Below, one piece after another: positions 47,380 to 53,514 of a stretch of DNA of 64,000 bases. Location: NCBI GenBank assembly GCA_965203575.1, contig OZ241894.1:2380322-2444321 (forward strand), given 5' to 3'. The notes under the pieces are model-generated. The model made no database searches, had not been told where the DNA came from, and saw only the letters and a program-made list of their open reading frames with translations. The translations under genes were made by a program, and so were the position numbers. This stretch comes from Candidatus Aldehydirespirator sp. Its GTDB lineage: Bacteria > Actinomycetota > Acidimicrobiia > Acidimicrobiales > Aldehydirespiratoraceae. The first letter of the stretch is position 1; each line of letters begins with the position of its first letter.

Positions 47380-47519
47380 CCCCGCCCCGCCCTCGGACAC
47401 GTGTCAGTGGCAGGAGGCTGAGCCACGGAGCCAGCGGAAGGCCCGACCGCTCACCGTCCGGTGAGGAGTCGGGCCCGCTTCCTTGGGCTAGTGCCCTCGG
47501 CGATCTCAAGTATGCAAGG

Positions 47520-48191
47520 TCACGCAGGTCTTCGCAAGCGTTGCCCGTGACGGAGCAGCAGAGCCGCAGCGGCCGCGATCAGCGACGCCGCTGCCAGGAC
47601 TTGCGGTCCGCAGCCGGTGGATGCCGCGGGGGCACGCTCGCGGGTTTGTTTGCTGTGCCGGTGATGGCGGCTTTCGGCCGAGTCGCCGTGTTCGATCAAT
47701 TCCTGTAGCCGCTCTTTGCGGTCCCAGGACTTGTCCCGGAGTTGTTGGACGGTGCTGCGGAGGTAGCCGTGCTCGGAGGCGTCGGCGAGCGCCATCAGTT
47801 CGACGTTCTCGTGCAGGCCGGCGATGGTGAGGTTGGCCGACCCGACCAGGAAGGCCTGCGGGGTTCCGGCATTGTTGCAGGCCGCCCACACCTTGAGGTG
47901 GGCCTCGGAGCGTCCCTGGTTGGAGCGGCCGGTGCGGTACCAGTTGAGCACGGTCACATTGCCCCGCTGGACGAAGTCGAGCGCAGCACGCCGGTCGGCA
48001 TGGGTGGCATGCGCGAAGTTGCGGCTCTTCATGTCGCCGATGAGCAGTGTCACCGGCCGGCCGCGGGAGCGCTTCGCGAGCCAGACGATTCCCTTCACGC
48101 TCGCCGATCCCACGCACACCACCAGCGGCCCGCTCGGATGCGCTGCCAGGAAGCGCTCCACCCGGTCCGCCGCAGTGTCGCCGAGAGCCAC
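47520..48191 (-). CDS. phospholipase D-family (single HKD) nuclease-like protein with hydrophobic C-terminus
   Basis: HLKVWAACNNAGTPQAFLVGSANLT is an H-x-K...GSxN HKD-type motif (the canonical Asp position is not conserved). One copy only, as in Nuc/BfiI-type nucleases. C-terminal VLAAASLIAAAAALLL segment; GTG start. Confidence 0.65.
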   Translation of the reverse strand: MALGDTAADRVERFLAAHPSGPLVVCVGSASVKGIVWLAKRSRGRPVTLLIGDMKSRNFAHATHADRRAALDFVQRGNVTVLNWYRTGRSNQGRSEAHLKVWAACNNAGTPQAFLVGSANLTIAGLHENVELMALADASEHGYLRSTVQQLRDKSWDRKERLQELIEHGDSAESRHHRHSKQTRERAPAASTGCGPQVLAAASLIAAAAALLLRHGQRLRRPA

Positions 48192-48395
48192 CCGAGCAAC
48201 TTATCGGTGTCCCGCACTCTCGGACGAGCGGCTGCGCGGCGGCTAAAGCCGATGCCTCTGCAACGACCCTCTCGTAGGAGCTTGCCCGGACATCAAGGGT
48301 CCCCAAGCCTCGGGTGGGCTGGAGTCGGCGGCGAGTCCGGAGCGGTGGGTCGGTGGTGAGTAAGATCGACCTGTCGCCTCGGGCTGGCAGGACGC

Positions 48396-49322
48396 ATGGA
48401 CAGGTTGTGGACGGACGACGACGAATCGAATCCAGTTGACGATTGGGTCGAGAGGGTCACGTCCATAGGGCGGTTCAAGAGCAGGGACAAGGACAAGCGC
48501 GCCCCCTACAAGCCGTTGTTGCTGCTGTGGATGATCGGTCGCTTGGCTGGGGGGCTGCCGGGCCGTGTGTCGTTCCGGGAGGCGGAGGAGGACCTGCAGC
48601 GGCTGCTGAACAAGCACCCTGTGGGCAAGTCGAAGCCGAAGGTCGAGAATCCGTTCGTGTACCTCGCAAGCGACCCGAATCTCTGGCGGGTTGAGGATTC
48701 GGGCGGCGGCAATGTGGCCCGCATGGAGCGGCGCAAGAAGATGAGCCCGCCTTTCCTGCGGGCGGAGGCGACCGGCGCGCTCGCGCCCGAGTTCGAGCTG
48801 GCGCTGCGAGATCCGAACGTGAGATCCCGTGTCGTGAACGCCCTGCTTCGGATGGAGTTCCCCGATTCGCAGCACGAGGAAGTCCTGCAGGATGTGAACC
48901 TCGGTCATGTGGTGGCGGTCGCGCCGGCACCCCGTGATCCGAAGTTCAGGATCACGGTGCTGCGGGCCTACGAGGATCGATGCTCGTTCTGCGGATACGA
49001 CCTGCGTCTCGGCGGCTCGCCGGTGGGCATCGATGCCGCCCATGTGCAGATGCACAGAAAGGGAGGGCCCAACCGCATCGAGAACGGGATCGCGCTCTGC
49101 GTGCAGCATCACCGGCTGTTCGACGCGGGCGCGCTCGGCCTGAGCCAGGATCATCGGATCCTGGTGAGCGAGGACTTGAATCTGAGCGACCATGATTCGG
49201 CCGCTCGCATCAAGAGCCTCGTCGGCGAGCGGATGCGCACACCCCTGCGCCGGTACAGCCTCCCGGCCTCCGAGCACATCGACTGGCACACCAAGAACCT
49301 CTTCAAACACCCCGCCCGCTAG
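48396..49322 (+). CDS. HNH endonuclease with N-terminal SBD-like (phosphorothioate-DNA-binding type) domain
   Basis: C-terminal CSFCGYDLRL...IDAAHVQMHRKGGPNRIENGIALCVQHHRLFDAGAL (HNH). N-terminal RAPYKPLLLLWMIGRL..., ENPFVYLASDPNLWRVED and ALLRMEFPDSQHEEVLQDVNL resemble the family I recall as ScoMcrA-type sulfur-binding-domain HNH enzymes. Confidence 0.65.
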   Translation: MDRLWTDDDESNPVDDWVERVTSIGRFKSRDKDKRAPYKPLLLLWMIGRLAGGLPGRVSFREAEEDLQRLLNKHPVGKSKPKVENPFVYLASDPNLWRVEDSGGGNVARMERRKKMSPPFLRAEATGALAPEFELALRDPNVRSRVVNALLRMEFPDSQHEEVLQDVNLGHVVAVAPAPRDPKFRITVLRAYEDRCSFCGYDLRLGGSPVGIDAAHVQMHRKGGPNRIENGIALCVQHHRLFDAGALGLSQDHRILVSEDLNLSDHDSAARIKSLVGERMRTPLRRYSLPASEHIDWHTKNLFKHPAR

Positions 49323-49400
49323 CCGCTGCGCTCAGGCGGCGCCGCGAGCGTCATTCCTCGGCAATGGGGTCCCGGTCGGTTCTACTAGCGCTGCTCAGGC

Positions 49401-49646
49401 TCAGGGCCGGTAGACGCGTCCGCGAGGCCCGACTCGCAGCACGACGACTACTCCGTCGTCGCGCTGCCGGTGGATGATTCGGAAGTCGCCGAACCTCACT
49501 GAACGGCAGCCGCTCAGCCTTCCCTGAAGACGCTTGCCCATGGAGGGGTCCGTGTCGAGGGAGGCGATGATCTCCAGCGCCCTCGAGCGGTCGGCAGCCG
49601 TGAGCCGGTCCAGGCCCTTCTGCGCCGGTCTAGAGAGGAGGGGCAT
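49401..49646 (-). CDS. RelE/ParE-family toxin
   Basis: ...DPSMGKRLQGRLSGCRSVRFGDFRIIHRQRDDGVVVVLRVGPRGRVY matches the RelE/ParE C-terminal consensus (RvGdyRiiY...v.vl.vghR..vY). Confidence 0.75.
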   Translation of the reverse strand: MPLLSRPAQKGLDRLTAADRSRALEIIASLDTDPSMGKRLQGRLSGCRSVRFGDFRIIHRQRDDGVVVVLRVGPRGRVYRP

Positions 49647-49989
49647 AGCGATCGAGAGGAAGCAAGTCGTCGTTCGCTATGTTGTTGTCGGCTTCTTCGA
49701 GGTCGGCCATCGCTTCCGGGTCGTTGAGCAGGGCCAGGGTCTCGAGGGCGCCCTCGGGATCGTTCCAGTCCAGTTCGGGATGCTGTGATCGCAGTCGGCG
49801 CGCGGAAGCAGCGTCCAGATCCTTCTCGCCCAGCACCGCCGGACGGTCCGCGAGGGTCGCCTCGGGCCTAGTGGCGCCGATGGGTCCCGAGTGCGCCGGT
49901 TGGTCCACGTCCCGATCGTAACTCAGGACCGCGACGGCACCCGCCACTCCGCCACCGCAGAGACGGCCGCGCACTACCAGTTTCGTCAA
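49630..49989 (-). CDS. putative Phd/YefM-like antitoxin (start uncertain)
   Basis: C-terminal ...ETLALLNDPEAMADLEEA... is typical of Phd/YefM antitoxins; overlaps the toxin start by 17 nt. The track start is a TTG overlapping the SNF2 stop; GTG 49908 is an alternative. The N-terminal half is atypical. Confidence 0.4.
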   Translation of the reverse strand: MTKLVVRGRLCGGGVAGAVAVLSYDRDVDQPAHSGPIGATRPEATLADRPAVLGEKDLDAASARRLRSQHPELDWNDPEGALETLALLNDPEAMADLEEADNNIANDDLLPLDRYAPPL

Positions 49990-51548
49990 GGAGCTAGGAG
50001 TTCACGAACTGCGTCAGGACGGTGCTGGAGGGCGTCGATGAGCTGGTCAAACGTCATCTCCTTGCGGTCCAGGAGAGGCTGAAGGCGGTCCTCGACGGTA
50101 TCGGCGCAAGTCAGGTAGTGAACGATGACCGGCTTGGTCTGGCCGATCCGCACCACGCGGTCGACGGCCTGCGAGTTGGTCGACGGGTTCCACCAGCGGT
50201 TGACGAAGATCACCCGGTTGGCCTCGGTGAGGGTGAGGCCCTCGCTGGCGACCCGCGTTGAGGCCAGCAGCACCCAGCAGTCGGGATGGGTCTTGAACCG
50301 CGCCACCGAACGCCTTCGTTGATCGAGCGGCTGCTCTCCGGTCAGCATGGCGGCGATGTTGCCATGGGCGGCGACTAGCCGTTTCTGTAGGTGCCGCAGC
50401 GGGTCGAGCATGTACGAGAACACGACCGTCTTGCACCCGTCGGCCATCGCGGACTCGGCGAGCTCGACAGCACGGTCGAGCTTGGCACTCGCGCCCGTCT
50501 CGGGATCGATGTCGCAGATTGATCGCAGCCGGTTGAACAGGGCCAGGTACCCCTCCTCGGAGCGACGGCCCATGGACGACAGGGCGGCGCTGTAGGCACT
50601 CCGCTGCGCGCCGTGAAGTCGGACCTTCTCGACGTGCTCGGTCGCTGCTGGCAGTTCCGGCAGAACGAGATCCTTGGTGCGGCGCAGCAGGTAGGGCCGG
50701 ACCCGGGAGCGCAGCGCGTCGATTCCGTGACGGTGGTCATCGATGGCGAATCGGCGGGGTTCGAGCAGTGACAGCAGGCAGGCAAGATCCTGCGAGTCGC
50801 GCTCCACGGGGGTACCGGTGAGGGCCCACACCCGCGGTGCGGCTATCCGGCGCATCGCCTGGTGAGCGAGCGACTCAGCCTTGCGGAGGCGGTGTGCCTC
50901 GTCGGCGACGATCAGGTCGGGCGGCTGGCCTGCAAGATCGTCCCAGAGCCCGCGCAGGTCTTCGTAGCTGGCTAGAAGGACATGTGCTCGGGCCACGGCG
51001 CCGCGCCAGTGCGCCGGGGTGAAGGTGCGGTTGGTGAACTCCAACCGTTGAGCGATGAGTTCGGGCGCCCACTTGTCGACTTCAGCTAGCCAGTTCGCAA
51101 GCAGTGTCCGGGGTGCGATGACGAGACACGACTCGATGCGGCCGTATCGGTACAGTCGCCTAATCGCAGCGATCACCTGAATGGTCTTGCCCAGCCCCAT
51201 GTCGTCCGCGAGGATCGCCTTGCGATTCTGCAGCAGCCAAGCAACGCCTTTGCGCTGGAACGGGTAGAGATCGTCGCGCACACCCGGCGGCAACAGGAGC
51301 GGCAGAACCCGGCGTAGCCTGCGATCACAGTTGCGCTCATACCCAGGCCGCGGATCGAACGCCAAGGCCAGAGAGTCGGGCGCTACTGCTCGTAGGCGGC
51401 GCGCCAAGCCGCCGTCCCACCTGACCAGTGACTCCGCCGCTTTGTGCAGTCGAGCGCTGCCGGACGATGCCTCAGGGGAGCACGCGATCTCGAACCGATT
51501 GACGTCTTCGGAGGCCGTTACCGATGATGAGATCTGTCGCGAGTCCAT
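49986..51548 (-). CDS. SNF2-family helicase/ATPase
   Basis: DMGLGKTIQ (motif I), DEAHRLRK (II), LTGTPVERD (III), and ...NPSTNSQAVDRVVRIGQTKPV (VI, QxxDRxxRIGQ). Confidence 0.9.
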   Translation of the reverse strand: MDSRQISSSVTASEDVNRFEIACSPEASSGSARLHKAAESLVRWDGGLARRLRAVAPDSLALAFDPRPGYERNCDRRLRRVLPLLLPPGVRDDLYPFQRKGVAWLLQNRKAILADDMGLGKTIQVIAAIRRLYRYGRIESCLVIAPRTLLANWLAEVDKWAPELIAQRLEFTNRTFTPAHWRGAVARAHVLLASYEDLRGLWDDLAGQPPDLIVADEAHRLRKAESLAHQAMRRIAAPRVWALTGTPVERDSQDLACLLSLLEPRRFAIDDHRHGIDALRSRVRPYLLRRTKDLVLPELPAATEHVEKVRLHGAQRSAYSAALSSMGRRSEEGYLALFNRLRSICDIDPETGASAKLDRAVELAESAMADGCKTVVFSYMLDPLRHLQKRLVAAHGNIAAMLTGEQPLDQRRRSVARFKTHPDCWVLLASTRVASEGLTLTEANRVIFVNRWWNPSTNSQAVDRVVRIGQTKPVIVHYLTCADTVEDRLQPLLDRKEMTFDQLIDALQHRPDAVRELLAP

Positions 51549-51601
51549 GGCATCAACTCGGCGGGCAGGATTGGGGTCCGAATGGCACCGTTGCGCCTCG
51601 C

Positions 51602-53017
51602 TCAGCCAACCACTCCCGCTTCGACTTCAAGCCACAATGAATCGGCCTCGGCTGCTGCGGAAGCCGGAAGATAGGCGTACCAGAGGCTGCGCAGCCCACC
51701 CGTTCCGCTGATCTCCTCCTCGGTCAACGGGTCGACGCCGCATTGCCAGCGAACAATGCGCTCCATCAACTGCATGCGCTTCTTGCGTTCCTCGTTGACG
51801 ATTCGCCAGGACGCGGAGGGATCATCTGTCGGTACCAACATGATGTACTTCCATGGTGGGAGGTGGGCATCCCAACTGATCTGGCTCAGCGGATAGAGCG
51901 CCTCGCAGGCTTGCTCGACTGTCATGGGTTCTCGTGACATCGTGTCAGGCATGACTGAGTCGTCAAGTAGGGCCCTTGCCAGATCCGCCACCATTTGTTG
52001 AACCACCGGCCAGAAGAGTACGCAGTCCTGTGATGCTTCGGGGTCGTCTCGCTGCTCAGGAGGCCGGTGATCTCGCATCTGTCTGCCATCTTCACTAATG
52101 ATTGGCAGGGTTTCAATCAGAGCCTCCCAGTACGTGAATACCTCTACCTCTAAAGCATCGATCTCCTCATCCGAGGGACGGAACTTCTTGTAGACTTGCA
52201 GCTGCTCCTGGTTGGCGCCCCAACCCGTGTTGCGTCGTTGTCTGCTCGCCAGCAGTCGAACATTGAGTTCGTACAGAACCTCTAGCGTAGTGAAGAACGG
52301 GTGACTGATTCCAAGGTTCTTGCCAGGCTCCATCCGTATGCGGCCACTGTCGAACTCCGATTCACTGAAGCTGCTGAAGAATGGGTGTTGGGAAACGAGT
52401 CGTCGAGTGACGATAGCTAAGGCGTCGTCTTCATCCATGATGATGTTGTCGTATTGTGACATCGCCTTTGCATATCGATTCAAATGGCCAAACAGTCGCC
52501 TATATCGCACAATGAAATTCGAGGTCTCCTCGAGCTGCTGAGGAGTCACAATGAGTACGCTCACTTCCTCATCACGAAAATGCTCAGGTGGCCTGAAGTC
52601 GGTCGTGTGGTCCAGGAGACTGCGGATTGCTGCGAGACGGTGCTGCCCGTCGAGCGCGTAGTAGTTCTCCGTGCCGTCGAAGGTGAGCACGCCGAAGGCG
52701 TCAGTCAACCGTCCTTTTCCTAGCAACTCGAACTTCGGGTCTTCCTCAAGGCTGACTGGGTGCCACTTGGGGTCGCCTCCGAGAGCTGCGACGACGATGG
52801 CCCCAAAGAACCGGTCGTCATGTCGGGCAAGGTATCTGGCGATCTCGCCCGTGGCGCGGTTCTTGTTGAGGTTGCGCTGAATGGCATCTGACAATTGGGA
52901 GGCACCGTGGATCTCTTCCGCGTAGCGGATGTTCTGAGCGATCTCTACCATCGACATTCGTACGAGATAGTATTGCCAGCGCCCCATTCGGGCTTGCACG
53001 GCGGGATAGATTTGCAC
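51602..53017 (-). CDS. DGQHR-domain (DndB-like / ParB-fold) protein
   Basis: ...NYYALDGQHRLAAIRSL... DGQHR signature preceded by QRNLNKNRATGEIARYL and FFGAIVVA. GTG start with aggtg RBS. Markedly lower GC than neighbours. Confidence 0.8.
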   Translation of the reverse strand: MQIYPAVQARMGRWQYYLVRMSMVEIAQNIRYAEEIHGASQLSDAIQRNLNKNRATGEIARYLARHDDRFFGAIVVAALGGDPKWHPVSLEEDPKFELLGKGRLTDAFGVLTFDGTENYYALDGQHRLAAIRSLLDHTTDFRPPEHFRDEEVSVLIVTPQQLEETSNFIVRYRRLFGHLNRYAKAMSQYDNIIMDEDDALAIVTRRLVSQHPFFSSFSESEFDSGRIRMEPGKNLGISHPFFTTLEVLYELNVRLLASRQRRNTGWGANQEQLQVYKKFRPSDEEIDALEVEVFTYWEALIETLPIISEDGRQMRDHRPPEQRDDPEASQDCVLFWPVVQQMVADLARALLDDSVMPDTMSREPMTVEQACEALYPLSQISWDAHLPPWKYIMLVPTDDPSASWRIVNEERKKRMQLMERIVRWQCGVDPLTEEEISGTGGLRSLWYAYLPASAAAEADSLWLEVEAGVVG

Positions 53018-53037
53018 GATGCACCTGCTTTCACAAT

Positions 53038-53514
53038 CTAGGCGGGGACTGCCTGCTTGATTCGTCCTGATACCGGTTGTGCTGATGGGATCACTCGGTT
53101 CGCGGGTGGGTCCAACACAGTCACGAGAATGTGCTCTGTTTGGTTGAGCCAGTTACTCGACCTCGTCGTGGCATTCTCAGGTACTCGGGTGTATGAGAAG
53201 CGCAGGCGTCCGAATATCGAGCGGAACTGCTTGATACGTTCGTTTTGTGGGTTCGGCGCAGCGTGTTGCCAGAAGCGCCGACGTAGGTTCTTGGTTTGGC
53301 CGACGTACAACACACCCGAGACTTCACTCGGAAGCGAGTAGATGTCTGACAGGATCGTTGGAGAAACATGAAGTATGTAGATTCCTCTTGCTTGTGGCAC
53401 CGCTGAGTCGAACAGCGTGTCCAACCAGGTCGAGTGCCAGTCGGTGCCTTCCAGCGCAGAGATGACGCGGCTCCAAGCGTCGGCGCTTAGGGATAGCCCT
53501 CTAGATCCTGTCAT
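53038..53514 (-). CDS. small GIY-YIG-like nuclease-domain protein
   Basis: GIYILHV...VLYVGQTKNLRRRFWQH...NQTEHIL...N: GIY, YVG, Arg, Glu and Asn elements in the order of GIY-YIG domains, though the GIY-to-YVG spacing is longer than usual. The start overlaps the upstream stop by 14 nt. Confidence 0.55.
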   Translation of the reverse strand: MTGSRGLSLSADAWSRVISALEGTDWHSTWLDTLFDSAVPQARGIYILHVSPTILSDIYSLPSEVSGVLYVGQTKNLRRRFWQHAAPNPQNERIKQFRSIFGRLRFSYTRVPENATTRSSNWLNQTEHILVTVLDPPANRVIPSAQPVSGRIKQAVPA

